Below, piece by piece: positions 51,786 through 61,303 of a stretch of 64,000 nt of DNA. The stretch lies in assembly GCA_023400985.1 (NCBI GenBank), contig JAEXEN010000019.1, positions 1,954 to 65,953 on the forward strand. Direction: 5' to 3'. The notes below the pieces were generated by a model, which was not told where the DNA came from, did no database searches, and was given only the letters and a program-made list of their open reading frames with translations. Both the position numbers and the translations under genes were made by a program. Source of the DNA: Bacillota bacterium. GTDB lineage: Bacteria; Bacillota; Clostridia; Christensenellales; CAG-138. Every line of letters starts with the position of its first letter. The first letter of the stretch is position 1.

Positions 51786-53192
51786 ATGAAAAGGAAAGAG
51801 CCGTTTAGCTTACGGCCCGCAAAAAGGGGTATAGACTTGAACACCTTGCTTATCAAAAACGCGGACGCCGTCGTTACAGTGGACGCGCACGACCGCGTGC
51901 TGAAAAACGCGAGCATCCTTATTAAGGATAACGTCATAGAGGCCGTGGGCGAAGGCCCTTTTACGGCGGATGAAACCATCGACGCAAGGGGAACTTTTGT
52001 TTACCCCGGGCTTGTGAATACGCACCATCACCTGTACCAGACCTTTACGAGGAACCTTGCGCAGGTACAGAACCTCGAGCTGTTTGACTGGCTTCGCGCG
52101 CTCTATGAAATATGGCGCGGCCTCGACGACGACTGTATCTATTTTAGCTCGCTCGTAGGCATGGGAGAGCTTTTGAAATACGGCTGCACCACCTGCATGG
52201 ATCACCACTATGTGTTTCCGAAAAATTCGGAAGGCTTTGTAACGCGCCAGTTCGAGGCGGCGGAGGCACTCGGTATCCGGCTTTTCGCGACGCGCGGCAG
52301 CATGTCGCTCGGGCGAAGCGCGGGCGGTCTTCCTCCCGACGACCTCGTGCAAGACGTGGATGCCATATTGAACAAAAGCCGCCGCGCCGTGGAGGAATTC
52401 CACGACCCGAGCGAGTTTTCCATGCGCAATATAGGCTTCGCGCCCTGTTCGCCCTTCAGCGTCAGCAGGGATCTGTTGAAGGAGTCCGCAAAGCTCGCGC
52501 GGTCTTTGGGCGTAAGGCTGCATACCCATTTGGGCGAAACGCGGGACGAAACGGATTTCTGCATGCAAACGCTCGGGATGCGCCCGCTTGCCTATATGGC
52601 GGACTGCGGCTTTATAGGGAGCGACGTCTGGTATGCGCACGGCATCCATTTCAACGACGAGGAGCTTAAGCTTCTTGCACAAACGCAAACGGGCGTCGCG
52701 CACTGCCCCGTATCCAATATGAAGCTCGCCTCGGGCGTATGCCGCGTGAGCGATATGCTAAAGCTCAATATCCCGCTCGGGCTCGCCGTGGACGGAAGCG
52801 CCAGCAACGATTGCTCCAACCTTCTCGCGGAGCTACGTGCGGCGTACCTTGTCCACCGCCTCACCTACAGCGCAAACGCGCCCTCGGGCTACGATCTTTT
52901 GAAAATCGCCACGCGCGGCGGCGCAAGGATACTCGGGCGAAACGACATAGGAAGCCTTGAAGCTGGCAAGGCGGCCGACCTTTTTATGATCGACATGACC
53001 AAAGTCGACTCGGCCGGCGCGACGCTCGACCCCGCCAACTACCTCGGCACGGTGGGCTACTACCGCCCCGCTAAGTATGTGATCGTCAATGGCCGCGTCG
53101 CATCGCAGGACGGGAACCTCACCGGCATAGACGAAGGGCGCACGGCCGAGCGGGCAAATGCGCTCGTAAATGAATTGCTCGCAAGGGCATAA
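51786..53192 (+). CDS. Amidohydrolase of the ATZ/TRZ / 8-oxoguanine-deaminase-like group
   Basis: 'PGLVNTHHHLYQ' HxH metal motif, 'RLHTHLGET' and 'VDGSASND'. An alternative TTG start is at 51837. Confidence 0.75.
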   Translation: MKRKEPFSLRPAKRGIDLNTLLIKNADAVVTVDAHDRVLKNASILIKDNVIEAVGEGPFTADETIDARGTFVYPGLVNTHHHLYQTFTRNLAQVQNLELFDWLRALYEIWRGLDDDCIYFSSLVGMGELLKYGCTTCMDHHYVFPKNSEGFVTRQFEAAEALGIRLFATRGSMSLGRSAGGLPPDDLVQDVDAILNKSRRAVEEFHDPSEFSMRNIGFAPCSPFSVSRDLLKESAKLARSLGVRLHTHLGETRDETDFCMQTLGMRPLAYMADCGFIGSDVWYAHGIHFNDEELKLLAQTQTGVAHCPVSNMKLASGVCRVSDMLKLNIPLGLAVDGSASNDCSNLLAELRAAYLVHRLTYSANAPSGYDLLKIATRGGARILGRNDIGSLEAGKAADLFMIDMTKVDSAGATLDPANYLGTVGYYRPAKYVIVNGRVASQDGNLTGIDEGRTAERANALVNELLARA

Positions 53193-53295
53193 AACCTACC
53201 ACATAACCCCGTAGGGGAGATCCCGTGTGATCGTCCTTTTTGTGTGCGAAAACCTTCTGTCGGGCGGGAGGTTGGGGAGAGTTGTGAGAAATGCG

Positions 53296-53550
53296 GTGGG
53301 TTAATAGGTTCCTTAAATATAAACGAAGCATGCCAAGGGACCAAAGGGGATTCCGCATTAAGCATTTGCAATGGATAATGCTAGGGGTGTTTCGCTGTAA
53401 GCGAAACACCGGGGTTCTAAAAAGGTGTCACAAGCGCCTTTTTTGGCCCTTTAGGCTATCGAACCCGCTGTCACGGCGTTTACGTTAGGTTCCGCCGGAC
53501 CCTTAACCCCTTTAAAACGGCCACTGAGTGGTGCTTGTGGGGAACGGGGC
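53296..53550 (+). repeat. ~255-nt structured repeat element, copy B
   Basis: Collinear with 40297-40553, e.g. the shared 'cgcattaagcatttg', 'ccggggttctaaaaagg.gtcac..gcgcctttttt', 'gaacccgctgtcacggcg' and 'ttaaaacggccactg.gtggtgctt'. Confidence 0.65.
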
Positions 53551-54010
53551 CCTGCAGAGTATCGGCGCCGCTGTAGGGGCCGACTTCCGTGACGGCCCGC
53601 GCATTGTGAGTGCGCGATATACCGATCCCAACCGTGCCACGTCATCGCAAGCGCAGCACGGCGATCCAGAACTCCATATCATCATGAGCGCAACGTTGCA
53701 ATCCGGTTTGACTTATGCGGGCTTCTGGATTGCTTCGTCGTTTCACTCCTCGCGATGACGGGGGAAGACCGGTAACGCGGCAGGTCGGCATTCCCCCGTC
53801 ATTGCGAGGGACTTTAACCCCGGGGCAATCCAGAACTCCTTGCCATGCCAAAATCATCCCGCCCTATCGGTGATATCACATTTCCTTTTGTAGGGCGGCA
53901 TGACCACATGCCGCCGTGCCGGATCGGCGGGACATGCCGGTTTAGAGCCACGCGTATGGATGAATTGCCGCGCATCCCTTCATCCCATATCTTTACAAAC
54001 CCTTCATAAT
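53551..54010. repeat. REP-like array of GC-rich hairpins, including the palindromic module
   Basis: cctcgcgatgacggggga...ttcccccgtcattgcgagg (53748-53810) and ggcggcatg-accac-catgccgcc. 53639-53770 is homologous to 40920-41015 with a ~40-nt insertion. Confidence 0.6.
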
Positions 54011-54017
54011 TACCTCC

Positions 54018-54046
54018 TTGACAACCGCACACCGTTAGACTAAGCT
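54018..54046 (+). promoter_or_regulatory. Candidate promoter of blaI/blaR1-like operon
   Basis: TTGACA, 17 nt, TAAGCT. Confidence 0.4.
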
Positions 54047-54102
54047 TTTAGGCGTAGGAAAAATAAAATAGGAACAAGGAGAATGTTTTAGGAGTGAGAG
54101 CG

Positions 54103-54498
54103 ATGAAGGAACCGCTTACGCCCGCCGAATGGGTCGTTATGAACGCTTTGTGGGAGAAATCGCCCATGACGCTTTCGGAGACCATTGCGCAGATTGGCGA
54201 CCGCGCGACGTGGAACTACAAGACCTTTTCCGCATACATGGCCATTTTGGAGAAAAAGGGCTTCCTCTCCGCGCTCAGGCGAGGCCGGGATAAGTTCTAT
54301 TACCCCATCGTTACCAAAGAGGAATGCATCGAGCGCGAGAGCAAAAGCGTCCTTAATAAGATCGAGGCGAGTTCGGTCAAGCTCATGGTAACGAGCATGG
54401 TGCGCGCCGGAAACCTCGATAAGGAGGATAGGCAGGAGCTTCTTTCTATGCTTGAAGAGCTTTTAAAGGAGGAAACGCAGCATGAAGACGGCCATTGA
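54103..54498 (+). CDS. BlaI/MecI/CopY-family transcriptional repressor
   Basis: 'LTPAEWVVMNALWEKSPMTLSE' and 'WNYKTFSAYMAILEKKGFL' winged helix. Confidence 0.85.
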   Translation: MKEPLTPAEWVVMNALWEKSPMTLSETIAQIGDRATWNYKTFSAYMAILEKKGFLSALRRGRDKFYYPIVTKEECIERESKSVLNKIEASSVKLMVTSMVRAGNLDKEDRQELLSMLEELLKEETQHEDGH

Positions 54499-56803
54499 CG
54501 CGCTTTTGGAGGTCTCTGTCTACGCGGCCGTCATTGCCGCCGCGATCTTTTTGTTCCGGCTGCTGCTTCAAAAGAGCGTTTCGCCGAGGCTCCAGTATCT
54601 TGTTTGGATACTGCTTGTCGCAAGGCTCCTCCTTCCCGTCACGTTCGAAAGCGGCTTCCATATGGAAAGCCTGTTTCCTAAGAATATAGAAACACCCGCC
54701 GTCGTTGCGGTTACGGTACCGGAAACAGAAGCCGCGCTCGAGGTACAAACGCATCCCGAAAACACCGCGCCGTCCGCACCTTCCGCAACGGCCGAGACGG
54801 TGGGGGAGGGTACGGTAAAAAAAACAAGCGCCGATCCCTACGCGCTTGCCGCCGCCGTTTGGGTAAGCGGCATAGCCGCGTTCGCGTTGTGGATGCTCGT
54901 CGTGAAGCGGCGCTTCTTCCGCCGCATGGAACTTGCCCGCGTGGAAACGCCCGAAGTGGTTGCAGCGATGTACGAAAAATGCCGCGCCGAAACGGGTGTA
55001 AAACGTAAAATGCCCCTTTGGGTGGTGGACGCCGCCATATCGCCCGGCATCGCGTTTTTCAACGGGCCGATGCTGCTTCTGCCCGCTTCCGTAATTGACC
55101 GCGAGGAAACGCTCCGCTTTTCTCTTCTGCATGAGCTGACGCATCAAAAACGCGGCGATCCTTTCATCGGCGTACTTCTCAACGTCCTTCGCGCCGTGTA
55201 CTGGTTCCACCCCGTCGTTCACATCGCCTTTTCGCAAATGCGCTCCGATATGGAGATCGCCTGCGACTGCGACGTTACGTGCTTTTTGGGGCCCTCGGAA
55301 AAGAAGGGGTATCTTACGGCGATCCTCGAGCTTTTTTCCTATGAAGCAGAGCCGCAGCTCGGCATGGCGCAGTTTCGCACCCGCCGTATGGCGCGGCGGC
55401 GCATGAAAGGAGCCTTTATGAAAACGAAAGCATCTTTTACTACAAAGCTTGCGGCGGGGCTTTTATGCCTCGTGCTCGTCACCGCCTGCTTTACGACCGC
55501 TTGTCAAAGCGCTCCGCCGGAGACGGGCGCGCCGGTAAGTACGATAGAGCCCGCGCGAAACGCCTCTGTTACCCCGCCGCCCGCGGCGCCCCCTGCGGAA
55601 AAATTGTCGGCCACGGGCGATATGTATCCCGATGCGGCATTGCGCGGCAGCTTTACGATCGAAAACGACGGCGGCGAAGCGCAGAAGGCCAACATGGTGC
55701 GCGCGTCTGAGCTGATCAATACCGGCGGCGGAATGGTCCTTCAGCCCGGTGAGGAATGGAGCTTCCTCTCCTTTTTTAACTTGCCGGACGACGGTTGGAA
55801 CAGGTCCCCCGGCATTATGGACGGCAGGTATGTGGAGGGCGGCGAACCTGACGGTCTTTGCACGGTGAGCACCGCCATCTACAACGCCGTGCTCAACGCG
55901 GAGCTTGAGGTCACGGAGCGCTCGCATCATTCGTGGTGGCAGGTCTATGCTGCGCCCGGGCTTGATGCGGCCGTTTCGCAAGGTGTGGACTTCAAATTCA
56001 AAAACAACACCTCGGAGCCCGTCGTGCTCACGAGCGCTTTGGAAGAGGGGAAATGGCCCGGCAGATTGACTTTTACGGTTACGGTATGCGGCGAACCGCT
56101 TGAAAACGGGGCTTCGCACAGCCTTCGGAGCGAAACGGTGGCTACGGAGAAACCGGGCGAAACGATTTATCGGGACGATCCTACCATGCCCGTCGGCATG
56201 ACGGAATACGCCGCCGGGGCACGCGATGGCATGACCGCGGAGGTCTACCGCGATACCTTTGTAAACGGCGTTCTCACGAAGAGCGAGCTTTTGTATACGG
56301 ATACCTACCATGCCGTGACGGAAGTTGTGCTGCGGGGCACAAAAACACCGCATCTCATTACGGATATGACGGACGACGAGCTCAAAACGCTTGCGAAAAC
56401 GCTGTACGTTTCGTACGTTTATAGGAGCGGCGAGAATAACTTTGAGGCAATCAGCGTACATTACGGTGCGCTCTTTAAGCTACTGGACATCCATTTCGGC
56501 GGAATCATGGGGGGAGGCGATGATCGCGAGGTCTCCTTCACCATCGGCGTGCCCATGCAAGCGTTCGATGTCGACAAATGCTGGCCCTACGCGGCGGTGA
56601 TCTTCGCGCTTGACCCGGATGCCGCTATGATGAACATCGGTAGCATGGAATACCATACCGACGGGACCGACGCGCTCAGCTCGCTCTCCCGCGAGGACGT
56701 GCAAAAGCATTACGGCGCGGTGCTCGAGAAGCCGCTATTGAACTATGCCAAAAGCGGGGAGGATCTTTTTTATCTTTTAAAAACGGTTGCGCATTTTAAC
56801 TGA
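54482..56803 (+). CDS. BlaR1/MecR1-type M56 membrane metalloprotease fused to VanW-like and G5-like extracellular domains
   Basis: 'SLLHELTHQKRGD' HExxH in the TM region. The VanW-like segment is 'GEEWSFLSFFN...GLCTVSTAIYNAVLNAELEVTERSHHS'. The G5-like segment is 'TIYRDDPTMPVGMTEY...EVVLRGTK'. Confidence 0.7.
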   Translation: MKTAIDALLEVSVYAAVIAAAIFLFRLLLQKSVSPRLQYLVWILLVARLLLPVTFESGFHMESLFPKNIETPAVVAVTVPETEAALEVQTHPENTAPSAPSATAETVGEGTVKKTSADPYALAAAVWVSGIAAFALWMLVVKRRFFRRMELARVETPEVVAAMYEKCRAETGVKRKMPLWVVDAAISPGIAFFNGPMLLLPASVIDREETLRFSLLHELTHQKRGDPFIGVLLNVLRAVYWFHPVVHIAFSQMRSDMEIACDCDVTCFLGPSEKKGYLTAILELFSYEAEPQLGMAQFRTRRMARRRMKGAFMKTKASFTTKLAAGLLCLVLVTACFTTACQSAPPETGAPVSTIEPARNASVTPPPAAPPAEKLSATGDMYPDAALRGSFTIENDGGEAQKANMVRASELINTGGGMVLQPGEEWSFLSFFNLPDDGWNRSPGIMDGRYVEGGEPDGLCTVSTAIYNAVLNAELEVTERSHHSWWQVYAAPGLDAAVSQGVDFKFKNNTSEPVVLTSALEEGKWPGRLTFTVTVCGEPLENGASHSLRSETVATEKPGETIYRDDPTMPVGMTEYAAGARDGMTAEVYRDTFVNGVLTKSELLYTDTYHAVTEVVLRGTKTPHLITDMTDDELKTLAKTLYVSYVYRSGENNFEAISVHYGALFKLLDIHFGGIMGGGDDREVSFTIGVPMQAFDVDKCWPYAAVIFALDPDAAMMNIGSMEYHTDGTDALSSLSREDVQKHYGAVLEKPLLNYAKSGEDLFYLLKTVAHFN

Positions 56804-56941
56804 ATATAGGAAATAACGATAATCATTGGCTGTCACACTGAAAGCGCCGCAAAAGCTGCTGCGCTTGCGGTGGGACAGCCATTTTTAGCTTTGAAAAAAG
56901 CGGCGACTCGTGTATAATACTTGGGAGAAAGGAAAGGATTT

Positions 56942-57841
56942 ATGGATTTTAAGCGACTGCAGCTCAAAGATATCGAAACATTTAGGCCTTATTTGAAAAA
57001 GATGAAGTTCAACACATGCGACTATACCGTAGGCGGTATTTTTATGTGGAGGGACTTTTTTCACATGGAGTATTGTTTGGAGGATGATGTACTTTACTCC
57101 AGGCTCCTTACCGCCGATGGCGACTTCTACAACAACCTCCCGCTCTGCGGCGACGTGGACACGGCCCTCAAAAGGCTCATTTCTCACATAAAGGAGCAGG
57201 ACAAACCCTGTAGGTTCTGCACCATACCGCAAAGCTATGTGCACCATTTTGAAAAGCTTGGCTCTTCCCTTGGCTATTCCGTAGAGATCTATGAGCAGGA
57301 GAACTTTTTTGACTACCTCTACCTTGCGTCGGATTTGACGACGCTTAAAGGGAAAAAGTTCAGCGGGCAAAGAAACCAGATCAGCAAATTCCTGCGCTCC
57401 TACGGCGACTGGTCGTATGATACGATCGCGCCAAAGGATATCGGCGACATAAAAGCCTTCTTCAACGCGTATATGGAAGAAAGAAGCGAATCGAACGCTT
57501 CCGCGAGCGCCTTGGAGGAAAACCGCATGACGCACGAGGTGCTCGAAAATTTGGAGAGCTACAAAATGCTTGGCGGCGTCCTCCGCGTAGGCAGCAAGAT
57601 CGCCGGGTTTTCTTTGGGCGAGATCGTTGACGATACTTTGTTCGTCCACGTGGAAAAGGCGGATCGCTCGTTTGCGGGTGCTTACCAGATGCTCGTCAAC
57701 CAATTCGCCCTGAAATTTTCGGATGAAAACATACAATTCATCAACCGCGAAGAGGATATGGGCGACGAAGGCTTAAGGATCGCGAAAAACGCATATCACC
57801 CCGTGCAGTTGATCAAAAAATATTTGGTTGAGATAAGGTAA
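56942..57841 (+). CDS. DUF2156 domain protein (lysyl-PG-synthase C-terminal-like / GNAT fold)
   Basis: 'CDYTVGGIFMWRDFF' and 'GKKFSGQRNQISKF' are typical of DUF2156. A promoter TTGAAA, 16 nt, TATAAT lies at 56891-56918. Confidence 0.65.
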   Translation: MDFKRLQLKDIETFRPYLKKMKFNTCDYTVGGIFMWRDFFHMEYCLEDDVLYSRLLTADGDFYNNLPLCGDVDTALKRLISHIKEQDKPCRFCTIPQSYVHHFEKLGSSLGYSVEIYEQENFFDYLYLASDLTTLKGKKFSGQRNQISKFLRSYGDWSYDTIAPKDIGDIKAFFNAYMEERSESNASASALEENRMTHEVLENLESYKMLGGVLRVGSKIAGFSLGEIVDDTLFVHVEKADRSFAGAYQMLVNQFALKFSDENIQFINREEDMGDEGLRIAKNAYHPVQLIKKYLVEIR

Positions 57842-57860
57842 AACAAAGTAAAAATATTTT

Positions 57861-57906
57861 CTGTAAGCAATAAGGGCATCCTGCAGGATGCCCTTATTGC
57901 TTACAG
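57861..57906. terminator. Bidirectional terminator between convergent genes
   Basis: Perfect 46-nt palindrome ctgtaagcaataagggcatcctg/caggatgcccttattgcttacag. Confidence 0.8.
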
Positions 57907-57913
57907 AACGTAT

Positions 57914-59215
57914 TTATTTCGCTTGCTTATGCATATGGATGCGCTTCACGAGGAGCAAAAGAAGCGCGCCTACCACGAGGAAGAGCACGATGGAGCCGAT
58001 GGCCCAATAAAGCCCGTATTGCTCGGCGAGCGCAGAATCAAGCCCGTGGTTGGAGTAATAGTTGTGCATGCGGTACGAGAGCGTGCTGAACACCAGCGGG
58101 CCCACGAAGGTGGAGGTTCTGCCGGCCACGGAAAGGAAGCCGTAAAACTCAGTCGCCTTGTCTTGCGGGGCGAGCTGGCTCACCATCGAGCGGCTGACGG
58201 CCTGCGCGCCGGAAAGCGCGAAGCCCGCGATGAAGCCGATCACGTAAAACAGCACGATATCCTTGATAAAGAACAGGCCTATGATGGAAGCGATCAGAAT
58301 CACGAGGGAGAAGAGGATGGAGTCCCTGCTGTTTTTTCTGTCGGCGATCTTGCCGAAGAGCAGCGCCCCGGCCGCACCGGAGAGCTGTATGATGATGACG
58401 AATATGATGAGCTGCGTCTGCTCCATGCCGAAAAGTGTCGCGCCGATGATGGCCGCAAAATCCATCAGCATCATAATGCCGTCGTTGTAGATCAAAAACG
58501 CGACCGTGTATTTGAGAAATTCCTTGTATTGCTTTACGGAGCGGAACGTTTCGGCAAGCTTCCTAAACGCGTGCCTTGCGACGTTTTCGCCCGCGGGGAG
58601 CTGCTCCGCCTCACGCTTTTCCTTGACAAAGAGGAAGGTGGGAAGCGCGGAGGCAAGGTAGAATACGGCGGTGATCAAAAACGCGTAGGGGATCACCTCG
58701 TTGCCGATGATCTGTATGGGCACAAGCACAATCAGAAGCGCCGCTATGCCGCCAAGCATGCCGATGGCCCAGCCCTTGCCCGAAACGGAGCCGAGCAATT
58801 CGGGGGAGGAAACATCCGTCAAAAGAGCGTCATAAAATACCTGTGAGGCTCGATAGCCGATTTCCGCGAGAATGAAAAACAGCATGCCGGTGAACACATC
58901 GCCCTTGCGCACGAAAAACAAAAGCGCCGTAAAGACCACAGCAATGCCGGTGAAGACGATGAGGAACTTCTTTTTAGATTTGGTGAAATCCGCGATCGCA
59001 CCGAATATGGGCGACATCACCGCTACGATAACGGCGGCGATACCGACGGAAATACCCCAAAGCCGCGTGCCCTCCGCACCGCCCACAACGCTGTTTTTGA
59101 AGTAAGCGGAATACACCGCAAGCAGTACGACCGACGCGTAGGCGGAGTTGCCGAAATCGTAAAAATACCACGCGTGGCGGGACCGTGCGGCTGCTGCATC
59201 GATTTGCTTTTTCAT
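57914..59215 (-). CDS. MFS transporter, UMF1/Atg22-like family
   Basis: 'WYFYDFGNSAY' is the N-terminal signature of this family. About 12 TM helices. ATG 59215 is preferred over 59269. Confidence 0.75.
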   Translation of the reverse strand: MKKQIDAAAARSRHAWYFYDFGNSAYASVVLLAVYSAYFKNSVVGGAEGTRLWGISVGIAAVIVAVMSPIFGAIADFTKSKKKFLIVFTGIAVVFTALLFFVRKGDVFTGMLFFILAEIGYRASQVFYDALLTDVSSPELLGSVSGKGWAIGMLGGIAALLIVLVPIQIIGNEVIPYAFLITAVFYLASALPTFLFVKEKREAEQLPAGENVARHAFRKLAETFRSVKQYKEFLKYTVAFLIYNDGIMMLMDFAAIIGATLFGMEQTQLIIFVIIIQLSGAAGALLFGKIADRKNSRDSILFSLVILIASIIGLFFIKDIVLFYVIGFIAGFALSGAQAVSRSMVSQLAPQDKATEFYGFLSVAGRTSTFVGPLVFSTLSYRMHNYYSNHGLDSALAEQYGLYWAIGSIVLFLVVGALLLLLVKRIHMHKQAK

Positions 59216-59482
59216 GTCGTTATCCTCTGCTCCAATCGACGAAAAAATGAAGGATTCCTTATATATCATACAAAAGTTTTTTTAAGATAGCAAGAAGGCG
59301 CGGGCAGGATTTGCGGATGCAAATGCAGCATGAGCTTTGTTATTGACAAGGGTTGACAGCTTGATATACTATAATGTAGTTAGAAACAACTAACCGTCGT
59401 GCGCCGAAAGGCGCTTAATATCAAGACATTGGTTAGTGTTAACTAACCAATGTGCTTGGCAAAGGATCGGCAGGGGGTATCT

Positions 59483-61303
59483 ATGGAAAAAACGAAGACG
59501 CAAAAAAAGAAAAAAACCGGTACGGCCAGGCTTTTGGAGCTGGCCGCCACCAAGAAACCGCTGATGATAGGCTCGCTGATCTTATCGGCGTTAGCCTCCG
59601 TCGTAAGCTTTGTACCCTATATCGCTATTTATCTTATCGTGCGGGAAATTCTAAGTGCGCTGCCGGATATGGCGACGCTCGACGCCGCGCTGCTCATCCG
59701 GTACGGCTTCATCGCTTTTATGGGCGTGGTGGGAAATATCCTGCTGTATTTCGGTGCGCTGATGTGCTCGCATCTGGCCGCATTCGGCACGCTGTATGAG
59801 CTTAAGGTCAATTTTGCCACGCATCTTGCCAAGGTTCCGCTGGGCTTTCATGTGATGGTGGGAAGTGGGAAGCTGCGCAAAATCACGGACGAAAACATAG
59901 AAAAGGTCGAGGGCTTCATTGCACACCAACTGCCCGATCTGGTAGCTGCGTTCGTCGCCCCCGTGGTGATGGTCGTCATCCTGATGGCTGTGGACTGGCG
60001 TTTTGGCCTCGCCGTGATGGCGGGCGTAATCGCCGCCTTCATCATCCAATTCTCGCTCTACGGCAATGAGGGCTCCAAGACAATGATGGCCAAGTACCAA
60101 AAATCCATTGAAGAAATGAACAACGCTTCGGTTGAGTACATACGGGGCATTTCGGTAGTGAAAGCGTTCAGACAGACGGTTTATTCCTTCCGCCGCCTGC
60201 ACGATACGATCAAAGCGTATACGTCTATGGTCATCCCTTACACACTGAGCTGGGAAAACTCCTTTTCCGGCTTTACGACGCTTGTGAACAATATCTATTT
60301 ATTTGTGTTGCCGGTCGCCATCCTTGTGGGAACAAAGACCACGGACTACGCCGCGTTTGCCGGCACCGTTATTTTCTATCTTATCTTTGTTCAAGCGGCT
60401 GCGAGCATTTTGATGAAGATCATGTATGTGAACGGAAACGCCATGCGAATTATCTCCGGCGTGGAGGCGATGGACGAAGTCCTTGCCGAGCCGGAGCTTG
60501 TTGAGCCCGCGCAGCCCAGGACCGTAACAAAGTACGATGTGGAGTTTCGGAATGTTGTGTTTTCCTATAACAAGGAAACGGAGGCGCTTTCCGGCGTTTC
60601 CTTTGCGGCAAAGCAAGGCGAAATCACTGCCATCGTCGGCCCGTCCGGCGGCGGAAAGAGCACCATCGCCCATCTGATCCCCCGCTTCTTCGACGTGAAC
60701 GAGGGCGGGATCGAAATCGGCGGCGTAGACATCCGGCAGATGGATACCCACTATTTGATGGAGCAGGTCAGCTTTGTTTTTCAGGATGTGTTCCTGTTTA
60801 AACAAAGCGTGAGGGACAACATCCGGATGGGAAATCAAAGCGCCACGGATGAGCAGGTCGTGGCGGCGGCCAAGGCGGCGCAGTGCCATGATTTCATCAT
60901 GAAGCTGCCAAACGGTTATCATACCGTGATCGGCACGCGGGGCGTGCACCTTTCGGGCGGCGAAAAACAGCGTATCGCCATTGCGAGGGCGATCGTGAAG
61001 GACGCGCCTATCGTCGTACTCGACGAGGCTACCGCCTTTGCCGATCCGGAAAACGAGCACCTGATCCAAAAAGCGTTTGAGCGGCTTATGAAAAACAAGA
61101 CCGTCGTGATGATCGCTCACCGCCTTTCCACCGTCCGCAGCGCCAACAACATCATCGTGGTGGACGGCGGCAGGGTGGTCGAGCAAGGTACGCATGACGA
61201 ACTGCTGCAAAAAGATGGAAAATACTGCGCCATGTGGCGCACGTATACCGAAACTGCGAGCTGGAGCATGGCAAAAGAAAAGGAGGTGCGGGCGCATGCC
61301 TAA
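59483..61303 (+). CDS. ABC exporter, fused permease/ATPase (first of a heterodimer pair)
   Basis: Walker A 'GPSGGGKST', signature 'LSGGEKQRIAIARA' and Walker B 'VVLDEATA'. Confidence 0.9.
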   Translation: MEKTKTQKKKKTGTARLLELAATKKPLMIGSLILSALASVVSFVPYIAIYLIVREILSALPDMATLDAALLIRYGFIAFMGVVGNILLYFGALMCSHLAAFGTLYELKVNFATHLAKVPLGFHVMVGSGKLRKITDENIEKVEGFIAHQLPDLVAAFVAPVVMVVILMAVDWRFGLAVMAGVIAAFIIQFSLYGNEGSKTMMAKYQKSIEEMNNASVEYIRGISVVKAFRQTVYSFRRLHDTIKAYTSMVIPYTLSWENSFSGFTTLVNNIYLFVLPVAILVGTKTTDYAAFAGTVIFYLIFVQAAASILMKIMYVNGNAMRIISGVEAMDEVLAEPELVEPAQPRTVTKYDVEFRNVVFSYNKETEALSGVSFAAKQGEITAIVGPSGGGKSTIAHLIPRFFDVNEGGIEIGGVDIRQMDTHYLMEQVSFVFQDVFLFKQSVRDNIRMGNQSATDEQVVAAAKAAQCHDFIMKLPNGYHTVIGTRGVHLSGGEKQRIAIARAIVKDAPIVVLDEATAFADPENEHLIQKAFERLMKNKTVVMIAHRLSTVRSANNIIVVDGGRVVEQGTHDELLQKDGKYCAMWRTYTETASWSMAKEKEVRAHA

